Below, piece by piece: positions 49,605 to 61,825 of a stretch of 64,000 bases of DNA (position 1 is the first letter of the stretch; every line of letters starts with the position of its first letter). The notes beneath the pieces are model-generated. The model had not been told where the DNA came from. It ran no database searches and saw only the letters and a list, made by a program, of their open reading frames with translations. Location: contig NC_043001.1 of the NCBI RefSeq assembly GCF_006345805.1, positions 128,402,001 to 128,466,000 on the forward strand, read 5' to 3'. The stretch comes from Octopus sinensis (taxonomy: Eukaryota). A program made the translations under genes and the position numbers.

Positions 49605-50667
49605 CCTTAGATATACTTGTAGTTATCTGTATATGCAGGTAGTCTGTTTCTTCTCTACATTTATATATATATATATATATATATATACATAATACATGTG
49701 TGTATACCACCTCTCTCATATGTATAAGTAATAATAGACTCTACTTTCAAGAATACTGAAATCTGTTCTTGACATTAACAAAATTGTTTTGTATTAGGCA
49801 GTTAATTCCAATTTTAATTTTTTTAACCTTCTGAAACCTGTCAGTTCTCCCCCCCCTCTCTTTTTCACTTGTTTTTCTCTTTTCTTACTCTCATAGCCTT
49901 TTCCACTGTCTGTCTCTCTTTCTCCTCCATTTCTTAATTTTCCCTCTGCCTCTCATGTACTTTCAGTTTTACTCTGCTTCTCATCTTCATTCCTGTTATC
50001 TCATTCCTTTCTTTCTTCCAGTTTTTCTTGCATTCTTTTTTTCATTTGTTATCTCTCCATCTCCTTTATTACTTCTATTTCAGTTCTATCTTTCATATCT
50101 CTCTCCTCTCTCTCACACACACACTCTCTCTCTCTATAGTTACTAGTTTGGAAAGCAATCTCATTGTAAAAATATATAACAACAAAGCAACATGGTACAT
50201 TGACCAGATGATGTGGAAGTAGTATAGACTTGTCTTTTCTTGACAACCCTGCTGTCAGCTTTACTAAAACCATTCTATTATGTTTCTATAATAATTGAAA
50301 CAAGTTCAAAGTCCAGAATTGGAACCTTTTGATATCAGTCAGCATTAAACTATTCCTGGCTATTAGATCAAAATGAATACATAAATAAATAAAAACTACC
50401 TGTTTTGAAGTGTTTCTGTTTAAATTTAGAACTTCCTTCATAAATTTTATTTCAAGAAACTATTTGTCAAGTTATGTTCCAAATCCCAGCTTAAAACAAA
50501 TTAATGCAATGAAATCCAACTCTTAAGGATTTTCAAGAGTAACAGAAATACATTTGGAGTATAATAGAAACATGATCATGAACAAGCTTGTGGTTACTGG
50601 CACTGGAAACTTATCCTCTGTGCAAAGGAAAAAAATCTTTTTTACTTAAAATAGACACCACATTCGT

Positions 50668-50850
50668 CATTATCATCATCATCCTTTAATGTCTGTTTTC
50701 CATGCTGGACGGTTTGACCCGAGCTGGCAAGCAGGAGAGCTGCACCAGATTCCAGCCTGATTTGGCTTGGCTTCTACAACTAGATGCCCTTCCTAATGCC
50801 AACCACCTAACGGAGTGTGCTGAGTGCTTTTTGTGTGGCGCCAGCATGGG
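50668..50850 (-). mobile_element. Family R copy
   Basis: (CAT)n-TTTAATGTCTGTTTTCCATGC ... GATGCCCTTCCTAATGCCAACC. Confidence 0.7.
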
Positions 50851-50915
50851 CACCTTCTTCCTCATTCTCTTTACTTTTTTTTTTTTTACATCACACACAC
50901 ACACACACATATATA

Positions 50916-52145
50916 CAGAGGTTGGACAAAATAATGGAAACGCCTTAAAATATCATACAAATTTATTTTAATATGGGGTAGGACTGCTTTTGGCAGTAAT
51001 TATAGCTTAAATTCTATGAGGTATGGACTGATACAAAATTTGAATTGCTTCCAAAGGAATTTTTGTCCATTCTTCAGCGAAAACAGTCTCCAGTTCTTGT
51101 AGTGATGATGGTGGAGGATATCGACTCCTTACTTGTTTTTCTAAAATGCACCGTAAATGTTCAATAATATTGAAGTCTAGTGACTGTGGTGGCCAGACAA
51201 GATGTTCAACTTCACTAGAATGTTCCTCATGCCATTCAGTAACAACTTTAGCTATGTGAATTGCTGCATTATCATCCTGAAAGATTGCGTTTCCCCCCGG
51301 AAACAGTTCCGCAACCATAGGATGAATTTGATCAGATAAAATGCTTAAATAGTCTTGACTGTTAATTCTGCCATGAAGGGAAACCATTGAGCCAGTGGAT
51401 TTCCAAGATATAGCCTCCCGGATCATCACAGATCCTCCTCCATGTTTAACAGTTGGAAGAAGGCAGTCTAGGTCAAATGCTTCTTTTGGTTGTCTCTACA
51501 TGTATACTCGGCCGGTGGTCGGAAATAAGGTAAAGGATGACTTGTCCAAGAAAATAACATTCTTCCACTGCTCTAGGGACCAATTCTGTAGGTTTTTACT
51601 CCACTCTAAACGCTTTGCAATATTTGTTTTTGAAAGTAGTGATTTTCTGATTGCAGCCCTCTGGCTTTGTGCAGCTCTCAGTAAACAGTTTTTGTGGAAA
51701 GTGGGTTCTCGAGGTGGTCATTAAGCTCTGCAGTAAATTTAGGGGCTGTACTTTTGTGATCCTTTCTAACAATTCACATAAGAGTCTGACTCCCTATCTG
51801 AAAGTTTTGGTTTTTTCTTCTGGAGTTTTGTTTCAATGAGGAGGTTTTTCTCTCTTTCTCAAAGGTTGTTGTTACTTTCGAGACAGTACTGCTTGATACA
51901 CCAAACATTTCAGCTGTTTTTGTTACGCTAGCACCTGCCATATGAACACCAACAATTTTACCTCTTTGAAAGTCCATTAGATCTGTCATTTTAATGAATT
52001 TTAAATACCTTTTCCTGATGATATCTGAAAAGAAACAGCAATTTTATCAAAACATAAAAATAAACCAGCTTTTAATGATTTTATAGATATTTCAAAATTA
52101 TGATGCTATGACTCTAGGTGTTTCCATTATTTTGTCCAACCCCTG
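50916..52145 (-). mobile_element. Full-length Tc1-like DNA transposon (1230 bp), DD36E type
   Basis: TA|CAGAGGTTGGACAAAATAATGGAAAC ... GTTTCCATTATTTTGTCCAACCCCTG|TA TIRs; transposase on the minus strand. Confidence 0.92.
50968..51989 (-). pseudogene. Tc1-family transposase pseudogene (~340 codons)
   Basis: HTH N-terminus MTDLMDFQRGKIVG...; catalytic blocks FLDKSSF, KHGGGSVM, FQDDNA, WPPQSLDFNIIE; premature stops (VYM*RQPK, HRI*AII) and frameshifts; natural end ...SSPTPY*. Confidence 0.88.
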
Positions 52146-52425
52146 TATATATAACATGACACATAGACCAGAACTGGTTGAATATTACAGATAACTGATT
52201 CATAATATCTTTATGATTTCAGGAATACTTTCATTTCTCTATCCACCATGGGTTTCAGATGATGCAAGCCATCTTTATTTGCACATTATATGGCAGAAAA
52301 AGTAATGGCTGGTCTCAGGATTTTGAACTAAAAGGGCAAAGGACTGCACATACGGCAAGACTTAACCAACTCATGCCAGCATGGAAAATTAGATGTAAAA
52401 ATTGTGTTACTTATAAACACTTATA

Positions 52426-52527
52426 CATGAAGGGAAACCATTGACCCGGTGGATTTCCAAGATATAGCCCCCTCCCCCCCGATCATCACAGATCCTCCTC
52501 CATGTTTAACAGTTGGAAGAAGACAGT
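52426..52527. repeat. ~100-bp orphan copy of an internal transposase segment (51372-51467)
   Basis: CATGAAGGGAAACCATTGA...GATCATCACAGATCCTCCTCCATGTTTAACAGTTGGAAGAAG repeated in the same orientation. Confidence 0.85.
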
Positions 52528-52738
52528 TTTACACATGTAAAACCTTAAATACATACACATAAATACACAAAATTTCTTAAATCACTATAAACATGTTATG
52601 TTTATAGGATGCTGAACTACAGGTTGAAAGGTTAACAATTCATATTCTAGGAATGGTTTTGCAGTTTCTGTGTATGAGATATTTAACTCTTAAAAGTTCA
52701 CTTAGCTATAAATAGGTAATTTTCACTTTCATGATTAA

Positions 52739-52959
52739 CCCTTTAGCATTTAAACCAGCCATATCCGGCCAAAAGTATTCTGCCAGTTTTATGTTCAAAC
52801 TGGCCAGATCTGGTTTCTCTCACCAACCCTACAATATCTTTTAAAAAATTAACAGCTACCTCATTAAAATCTCATAGCACCAAAATAATGCATGATTAGT
52901 TCAAAACAATGTGGATGAAGAAGTATTAAATTTGGCAGAATAATGCGAACACTAAAGGG
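52739..52959 (+). mobile_element. Family P TTAA MITE
   Basis: TTAA-flanked; same subfamily as 43479-43721. Confidence 0.9.
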
Positions 52960-54889
52960 TTAAGTATAGCTCACTGCAGTAAACAGCAGCCCTAATGTGC
53001 AAGATGATGAGCCTTTTGGTTTGTATCATGATTCAAATCTGGTCATGGGTATAAATCAGGGAGAAATGGTTTCTTCCAAAGCTGCTTTGTCCTAAATGCA
53101 TACTCTATAGGAATTCTACAGTGACGTCCCAACAAACCTAATTGTTTATAAGGTGGCCATCTATTCAAAATCAATATGGAATAGACGTACATTGCCCACA
53201 AAAAAAAAAAAAAGGAAAAAATGATAAAACATTATTTCCGACTTGTATACACCTGCTGTTTGTTTTGTATCAAAATTTAATAACATCTACCCAATCAGAT
53301 GCTCATTTGTAATTAATAGAAAATGCTTTTGTTTACAAGATTTACTTAGACATCCATTTACTTTCACTATATAGCTTAGAGAAATATAATTAGAATCTTT
53401 TTGTAGTTCCTTCATACAGAGCTCCACTTCCATATTGGCTTTCATTCTATTCATTCCTTCTTCTTTTTTTAAAAATTCATTCATTCTTGTTATTTGTTTC
53501 ATTCTGAAACATCTGGAAAGTTTTGTGTGTCTTTTATTTTATTGTTGTTATCATTATCGTAGTTATCATCATTTTATTTCTTTTTTCCTAATATTCTGCT
53601 AAGATTCCACTTGCCAAATGCAACATATATCAAAGACTTGGTTGAGTATTTTTAGTTGATGAGAAAGAGAGAGTAAATTATTTTCATATATTTTGTTTAC
53701 CTTAATTGTTAATTCTGCCATGTTGTTGCTGCTTTTGTTTCTATTATTTTTTTTTTTAGTTTTGTTGTTGTTTTAAGACAAACTCTAAAATCTCTGTTAT
53801 AAGCAAGAGCTACATCTATTTAAGAACATCCGATAAGATGATAGAATTTAAGCACTTGTTTTCAACTTCAGTTGACATGTTTGAAGGGAAAGCTTTTAGC
53901 TTTCTTTCATTTTTATTTATCCCCATTTTTTTCTCTTTTTTTTTCTTTCTTTTTCTTTTTTTGAAAGAAAATTAATCTTCATGTATTCTTCCCCATTGCT
54001 CTGGCTAAGTCAATTAACATTGTTATAGGTTAAAGTTTATTTGTAGAAAATACTTGATTATCAGTCTCTCCCAAAACGATAACTCATTTCATTGAATTAA
54101 ATAAATTTGGCATTTTACCAAGTTACAGCAGTTGTTATATTTATTCCATATTCATTTTTTTTTTTTTGCTTTCTTTCTAAAAATTGCTCTATTTTCATAC
54201 TTTTCACTTTAAACCAGCATAAAATAGCCAAGTTGATATTTGATTAGTATTGCAAATGAAAATTATATTTTTGATAAAATCCAGATTGTGTTTGTGTATG
54301 AGGAGGACTATTAAGTTTGCCATGTTACTAAACCGTTTACCAGCTGAAACCTTATTAGCTTGTCCAATGTGTGTCTGCCTGCCTATGTACACATTTGTGT
54401 ATCATATATCTGTGCTTATGTACAACTATCTGTGTAGTAGCACATGCCTAAACATGTATGGGTTTTGTGTGTGTATGTGTGTGATTCATTTGCAAAAGCG
54501 TGGCTATTTGTGCGTCTTGGTGTAGAGCTGGTCTGATTTTCATAATCAAAATCCAATTGAAGAGTGTAATACTCTTGAGCAAGATGTTTCTATTTAATTT
54601 TTACTCTAATAGCTGCATACTGCTGCTGAACAAGTTACACATTTTGTTTCTAAATTTACACTGAATATTCCCAAGATATGTACATGTTGCTGTATAGCCC
54701 ATGGTCAGTCCTAATGTAGCTGACCTATGTTCAGAGTTGATCCAGCTGTGAATATTCCATCATTTTTGTTTCTAACATAGTATATTTAGGGCTACATTTT
54801 TCCTGTTATTTCTATTTGTTCATGCAACTACATTGCAGCAGCTCTTCCATTGGTTCAAATCATATATATATATTATATATATATATATA

Positions 54890-55144
54890 AAGGTTTTCAA
54901 GGGACAGCAGATAGTTTATGCAAAAGCTACAAATGTACATAACAGGCATTATTATTTATTCACTACAAAATGCAAAAGTTTCTAAAGAACAATATTTCTT
55001 GTACAGATACAAGGAGACATCAACACCTCTCACCTGTCTGAATTTTTGATCATCAGAATTTATGACATTTATGAATAAATAATAATGCCTGTTATGTACA
55101 TTTGTAGCTTTTGCATAAACTACCTGCTGTCCCTTGAAAACCTT
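54890..55144. mobile_element. TA-flanked MITE with ~73-bp TIRs (duplicated at ~56705-56959)
   Basis: TA|AAGGTTTTCAAGGGACAGCAG...GGCATTATTATTTATTCA vs its reverse complement at ~55072-55144|TA, one mismatch seen. Confidence 0.8.
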
Positions 55145-55278
55145 TAGAAAATGTATGTCACCTGTTTGTAAGATCATGTACCCATGTGTAAATATGCATG
55201 CATTTTCCTGTTATTTTAGCATTTTTATTTACATCTTCATACTCTCGTTAGCAACTTTCATCTATATTTTTCAACAAT

Positions 55279-55694
55279 AGGCGCAGGAGTGGCTGTGTGG
55301 TAAGTGGCTTGCTAACCAACCACATGGTTCCGGGTTCAGTCCCACTGCGTGGCATCTTGGGCAAGTGTCTTCTGTTATAGCCGTGGGCTGACCAACGCCT
55401 TGTGAGTGGATTTGGTAGACGGAAACTGAAAGAAGCCTGTCGTATATATGTATATATATATATATATGTGTTTGCGTGTCTGTGTTTGTCCCCCTAGCAT
55501 TGCTTGACAAGCAATGCTGGTGTGTTTACGTCCCCGTCACTTAGCGGTTCGGCAAAAAGAGACCGATAGAATAAGTACTGGGCTTACAAAGAATAAGTCC
55601 CGGGGTCGATTTACTCAACTAAAGTTGGTGTTCCAGCATGCCCGCAGTCAAATGACTGAAACAAGTAAAAGAGAGTAAAAGAGAGAAGAGAGAG
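55279..55694 (+). mobile_element. Full-length family A SINE (duplicated at 57094-57510)
   Basis: AGGCGCAGGAGTGGCTGTGTGGTAAG head (A box), GGTTCAGTCCC (B box-like), core and tail. Confidence 0.92.
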
Positions 55695-55799
55695 AATACT
55701 TCCAATTGGAAAAAATTGAAAATATTGCAATTATCACAAAGTTTAATACGATACCTTCTTTCGTTATTCACAACTCCAGTATTCTAGTAGTAGCATGAT

Positions 55800-56115
55800 T
55801 CTTGAATGTTGGGCCTCACAGAGGCGATGACAAGTGACTGAGACCTTTGGCAATATGCTGTGTTTGAGAAGACTTGTCAAACCAAGTGAAATTATAGTCA
55901 TGGTCGTTGCCAGTGTCATGGAAACGGCAGCTATGCCTGTGGCACATAAAAGCATCCATTACAGTCTCGGAGTGGCTGGCGTTAGGAAGGGCATCCAGCC
56001 GTAGAAACACTGCCAAATTAGACTGGAACCTGGTGCAGCCCTCCAGCTTACCAGTTCTAGTCAAACCATCTAACCCATGCCAGCATGGAAAGCAGATGTT
56101 AGATTATGATAATGA
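55800..56115 (+). mobile_element. RTE-type ORF2 end plus family R 3' UTR (duplicated at ~57616-57931)
   Basis: TTGGGCCTCACAGAGGCGATGAC (LGLTEAMT) then GTTAGGAAGGGCATCCAG ... CATGCCAGCATGG. Confidence 0.75.
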
Positions 56116-56668
56116 TATAAGTGTGTCTGTGTGTATACACACACACACACACACACACACAAGTATAGTTGTTTTGTTAATTTTCTACTTTAATTGATGA
56201 ATATTACACATGACAAATTTTTGGTGCTCTCTACATGTTGTCAATGGCGCCTCTGATTTTAACCAGACTATGATTGAAAAATACATGTATCCAGAAATGA
56301 TCAAATTTAGACATTTCACTGATGAGATTCTCTGTCACTTGCTGACTATAAAGATCTTTGTTAAGTGAGGAACAAAAAAAGTAGCTTGTGGCTTCACTTT
56401 GAAAACTTATTGGTTGTGAGATTATGTTTGATCATGGCTTCAGATACAGCTACAAGCAGTGTATTGCCCTCCCTATATGTTTAACTGATATTAGTACTGT
56501 TCCTCCATTGTAACCCTTTAGCATTTAGATTATCCTTTCAAATGTAATGCTTATCTATTCACATTGTTTTGAATTAATCATATATTATTTCATAGCTTCA
56601 AGATTGCAATGATGTGATTGTTGATTTTTGAAATAACATTGTAGGTAGGTTAGAGCGGCCAGTGTACC

Positions 56669-56699
<31 letters not shown>

Positions 56700-57949
56700 A
56701 TATAAAGGTTTTCAAGGGACAGCAGATAGTTTATGCAAAAGCTACAAATGTACATAACAGGCATTATTATTTATTCACTACAAAATGCAAAAGTTTCTAA
56801 AGAACAATATTTCTTGTACAGATACAAGGAGACATCAACACCTCTCACCTGTCTGAATTTTTGATCATCAGAATTTATGACATTTATGAATAAATAATAA
56901 TGCCTGTTATGTACATTTGTAGCTTTTGCATAAACTACCTGCTGTCCCTTGAAAACCTTTAGAAAATGTATGTCACCTGTTTGTAAGATCATGTACCCAT
57001 GTGTAAATATGCATGCATTTTCCTGTTATTTTAGCATTTTTATTTACATCTTCATACTCTCGTTAGCAACTTTCATCTATATTTTTCAACAATAGGCGCA
57101 GGAGTGGCTGTGTGGTAAGTGGCTTGCTAACCAACCACATGGTTCCGGGTTCAGTCCCACTGCGTGGCATCTTGGGCAAGTGTCTTCTGTTATAGCCGTG
57201 GGCTGACCAACGCCTTGTGAGTGGATTTGGTAGACGGAAACTGAAAGAAGCCTGTCGTATATATGTATATATATATATATATGTGTTTGCGTGTCTGTGT
57301 TTGTCCCCCTAGCATTGCTTGACAAGCAATGCTGGTGTGTTTACGTCCCCGTCACTTAGCGGTTCGGCAAAAAGAGACCGATAGAATAAGTACTGGGCTT
57401 ACAAAGAATAAGTCCCGGGGTCGATTTACTCAACTAAAGTTGGTGTTCCAGCATGCCCGCAGTCAAATGACTGAAACAAGTAAAAGAGAGTAAAAGAGAG
57501 AAAGAGAGAGAATACTTCCAATTGGAAAAAATTGAAAATATTGCAATTATCACAAAGTTTAATACGATACCTTCTTTCGTTATTCACAACTCCAGTATTC
57601 TAGTAGTAGCATGATTCTTGAATGTTGGGCCTCACAGAGGCGATGACAAGTGACTGAGACCTTTGGCAATATGCTGTGTTTGAGAAGACTTGTCAAACCA
57701 AGTGAAATTATAGTCATGGTCGTTGCCAGTGTCATGGAAACGGCAGCTATGCCTGTGGCACATAAAAGCATCCATTACAGTCTCGGAGTGGCTGGCGTTA
57801 GGAAGGGCATCCAGCCGTAGAAACACTGCCAAATTAGACTGGAACCTGGTGCAGCCCTCCAGCTTACCAGTTCTAGTCAAACCATCTAGCCCATGCCAGC
57901 ATGGAAAGCAGATGTTAGATTATGATAATGATATAAGTGTGTCTGTGTG

Positions 57950-57981
<32 letters not shown>

Positions 57982-58486
57982 AGTATAGTTGTTTTGTTAA
58001 TTTTCTACTTTAATTGATGAATATTACACATGACAAATTTTTGGTGCTCTCTACATGTTGTCAATGGCGCCTCTGATTTTAACCAGACTATGATTGAAAA
58101 ATACATGTATCCAGAAATGATCAAATTTAGACATTTCACTGATGAGATTCTCTGTCACTTGCTGACTATAAAGATCTTTGTTAAGTGAGGAACAAAAAAA
58201 GTAGCTTGTGGCTTCACTTTGAAAACTTATTGGTTGTGAGATTATGTTTGATCATGGCTTCAGATACAGCTACAAGCAGTGTATTGCCCTCCCTATATGT
58301 TTAACTGATATTAGTACTGTTCCTCCATTGTAACCCTTTAGCATTTAGATTATCCTTTCAAATGTAATGCTTATCTATTCACATTGTTTTGAATTAATCA
58401 TATATTATTTCATAGCTTCAAGATTGCAATGATGTGATTGTTGATTTTTGAAATAACATTGTAGGTAGGTTAGAGCGGCCAGTGTA

Positions 58487-58536
<50 letters not shown>

Positions 58537-58679
58537 TACAAGACATTTGTCCAAAGTATCACACTGGAATTGAAGCTGAAACAAAGTTGTTACAAAGTTA
58601 ACTTCTTGACTACACATTAGTTTATATGCATATGCATATATATCTTTGAATGCAGCCATGCTGGATGCATTTATAAACA

Positions 58680-58710
<31 letters not shown>

Positions 58711-58711
<1 letters not shown>

Positions 58712-58808
58712 AATTAGAGATAAAACTACCATTATGCAACTCAAACAGTGGTTTATGTTTTGGTCTATCACTGTTTGAGTTGCATAATGGTGGTTTTATC
58801 TCTAATTT
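58711..58808. repeat. Near-perfect 40-bp hairpin with an 18-nt loop
   Basis: AAATTAGAGATAAAACTACCATTATGCAACTCAAACAGTG and its reverse complement at 58769-58808; one U:G mismatch. Confidence 0.9.
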
Positions 58809-59464
58809 ATATTTTATATATTTATATTGTGAAATTTGATTTAATAATAAATTGAACTTTTCCCTGTAAGTTTGGAGTTATACTCCCTAATATTATATAT
58901 ATATATATATATACACATATATATACATACAAAGTTTAGTTTCCATCTAAGTTTCCTGAATTTGCTTCATACAAAAAAATATCTTATTCTTTCCACTTTT
59001 AAATACAGTTTAACTCGAAATAAGGCAAATGCTGTGAAACCTGAAGAATGCCTAAAATCTTCAGTAACCATACTTAGACTATATCCACTTCGACCACAAA
59101 GTGTGCATTGAACACTTATGTTTTAGTTTTAATACATACATTAACTCTGTGTATGTGTGTATAACTTTAATATCTTTTTTCCACTGAAGCTAATACTTCC
59201 TCTCTCACACCCTGGAACAACTTTTACCCAGTATGTATCCGGCTGTCTAACTTGGTAATCTTTTTTTTGAAAGTTAATATTGTATATATATCTGTTGAAC
59301 CGCATTCTACCCCGTCATCTCCTTTCAATGCTGGTTATTGGCGTTGTCTTACTAATTTGTAACAGTCACACGGCCTCATCCTGCTTTCGTGTAGAGATGA
59401 GATAACCAAGCAGATAAAATATTGGACAACTTGCTCAAAAGTTGTGAGTTCATACAAGCTATAG

Positions 59465-59640
59465 TGAAATGCTTAGCTGCATTTCATCCTTATGTTCTGA
59501 GTTCAAATTCTGCTAAGGTCGACTTTGCCTTTCATCTTTTCAGGGCCAATAAAGTAAGTACCTGTTGAGTACTGAGAGCCAATGTACTTGACCCCCCTTC
59601 CCCCTTAAATTGCTGGCTTTGTGCCAGAATTTGAAATCAT
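59465..59640 (+). mobile_element. Degenerate family N-like SINE
   Basis: GAAATGCTTAG...GAGTTCAAATTC...GGTCGACTTTGCCTTTCATC core. Confidence 0.65.
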
Positions 59641-60559
59641 GGAACTTTACATCTGCTACTGCAGATCAACATAATAGACACCTGTGATTGTTGTCCCATG
59701 TAGCATGTGGTCAATTAACATCACGGTCAGAGTTAAAGATTATGCACCTGACCATGCTTGCACTAGGGCCAAACTTTTAATTTCGTGAGTGGTAGAGAGT
59801 GTTTGCTTGCATTGTTCTTTTGTCTTCGAGTTGTAGTGGTGGAGCAATGTCCTGTCTTCACTTCTCATGCATGTTCAACTGTACATTGTCACACATTGTC
59901 ATTTGTAAATCTTTCTTTATAAAACATTCAACAGCCATGACACTTTCCTCAAGAGTTGGCTTTCATAGGTTTTCTTGACTCTGTTCATCTTCAAGGGTTC
60001 TCCTCCCCCATATGACACTCAGCAGCCCAACATTTGAGCATTCTATGTGTGTATGTGTGTTTCTGTATGTCTTTCAACATATAGACAATGCAACAGAGAC
60101 TTTAGAAAAAAAAAATACTTTCACTATAATGAGAGGCAGCCGCTGCTGATGAAGATGATGATGAGGAGGAGGAGGAGAAATACAGTGAGCGAGAGAGAGT
60201 GTGTGAAAGATAGAATTAAAATTTGTTTCAAGAAAGAAAAAAAACAGGTTGTTGTTGAGCATTTCAATGTGATCATTGTAGTGGGTTTCTACTGACAGAT
60301 CTATTCTTTCTTGACTAGGTCCTTATCTGGAGGCATAGAGTCAAATAACAACTAGTTTTGATAACAGTGCAGTATTGCAATTTTTGATTCTTATTTTCAT
60401 TAGTCTTCATCAGTTGCTTCCATCTTTTATTGCTTCTAAAATGTAAATCGCAATATATTTATAAACAGACCAATCATGTGGTCTTGGGTTCAGTTTCACT
60501 GTGCAGTACTTTTAGGAAAGTGTCTTCTGCTGTAACCTTGTGACTGGATTTGGTAGATG

Positions 60560-60711
60560 GAATGACTATGTGGTAAGAAGCTTGCTTCCCAACCACATAG
60601 TTTCAAGTTCAGTCCCACTGTGTGACACCTTGGGCAAGTGTCAACTATCATCTCAGGCCGACCAAAACCTTGTGAGTGGATCTGGTAGAAGGAAACTGAA
60701 AGAAGCCCATC

Positions 60712-60766
<55 letters not shown>

Positions 60767-61170
60767 CTAGATGTACCCATGACCCATTGGATCACAACCA
60801 CTCCGAGTTGAAAATGTTGATTATCGGTGGCAAAGATAAAAATACTATTTCAAACGTCATGCAATACAGTTCTGAAACGTAAAAGAATAAAAGAATATGT
60901 GTGTGTGTGTGTGTGTATTTGTATGTAATCATGCCTAGACATCATGTGATGTTTGCAAATGAGCAATATCTTCATACAAGTGAGGTTATTTGTTTCTGAT
61001 GTCTTCTGTGAAAAAATATGTTTAGCTATGGGGGAAAATATTATTTTGGTTACAAACAGGTGAAGGTTGATGCCAGGAAGGGCATGTGGCCCTAGAGAAT
61101 TTTCCTCACCAAATTCCGACTGGCCTATGCAAGCATGGAAGAGTGAATGTTAAATAATAATGATGATGAT
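60560..61170 (+). mobile_element. Family A-type head/core copy with (TA)n, followed by a family D tail
   Basis: TGTGGTAAGAAGCTTGCTTCCC head at ~60568, core to ~60710, tail CATGCAAGCATGGAAGAGTGAATGTTAAA at ~61128-61155. Confidence 0.6.
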
Positions 61171-61748
61171 GAATCTATGATAATAAAGTATTATAGTCAG
61201 ATTTAAAACTTTTTGAACACTCCTCAATATGCATGGGTGTGTGTAAAATGCTTGGAATTTTTCCATGTGTGTGTATGTGCACACACACACACACACATAT
61301 ATATAATATCTATGTATGTATTCATAAATCCCTATAAGTCTGACTTCATGATTCATCTGTCCACTGTTTATAAAATATGCACCAGTAATATTCTGAGCTT
61401 TGATTCAATCAATGATATCATTCTCTTAATAAGTCCGTGGCCTTCTGCCAATGAAAAGAAATGTTCTTTTTTTCTTTACTTCATAAAAGAGTATTTTGAA
61501 TGTATTTAAATGTATGCGTGAGTAATAGCATATTTATGTTTTTATATATGAAATATACAAATGCACATAGCAATTGAACATATGTGTATATGGATAAATG
61601 CGATATAAAGAAAATAAGCTTTTTTTTCTTCTTTTCTTCTATTTTCTTCATGCACATTTATATTTAATATGTACAGATATACAGTTTTAAGCAATCATAG
61701 TTTAATAGTAAATTTATATATATATATATTCTTTTTTTTTTATTGCAG

Positions 61749-61825
61749 TGATAAAGTTTTAATGATGTCACGGTTTGGAATTGGTACAACTAAAAATCCC
61801 CCCTGGGCCCGCCAGGCACCAGCAG
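61749..61825 (+). CDS. Probable 77-nt exon of the host gene: (x)DKVLMMSRFGIGTTKNPPWARQAPA(x); product not recognised
   Basis: Strong acceptor (T-run TATTGCAG), consensus donor CAG|GTAAGA, GC-richer unique sequence in AT-rich flanks, one open frame. Confidence 0.55.

Larger units (their letters stand above)
54862..58533 (+). repeat. Direct tandem duplication of a ~1.82-kb unit
   Basis: Offsets of 1815-1820 bp throughout; units start and end in (TA)n tracts. Confidence 0.95.

Noticed and set aside
54956-58013. Duplicated genes suggested by paired identical ORFs
   Set aside because: The ORFs lie in repeats within the 1.82-kb tandem duplication; no genic features.
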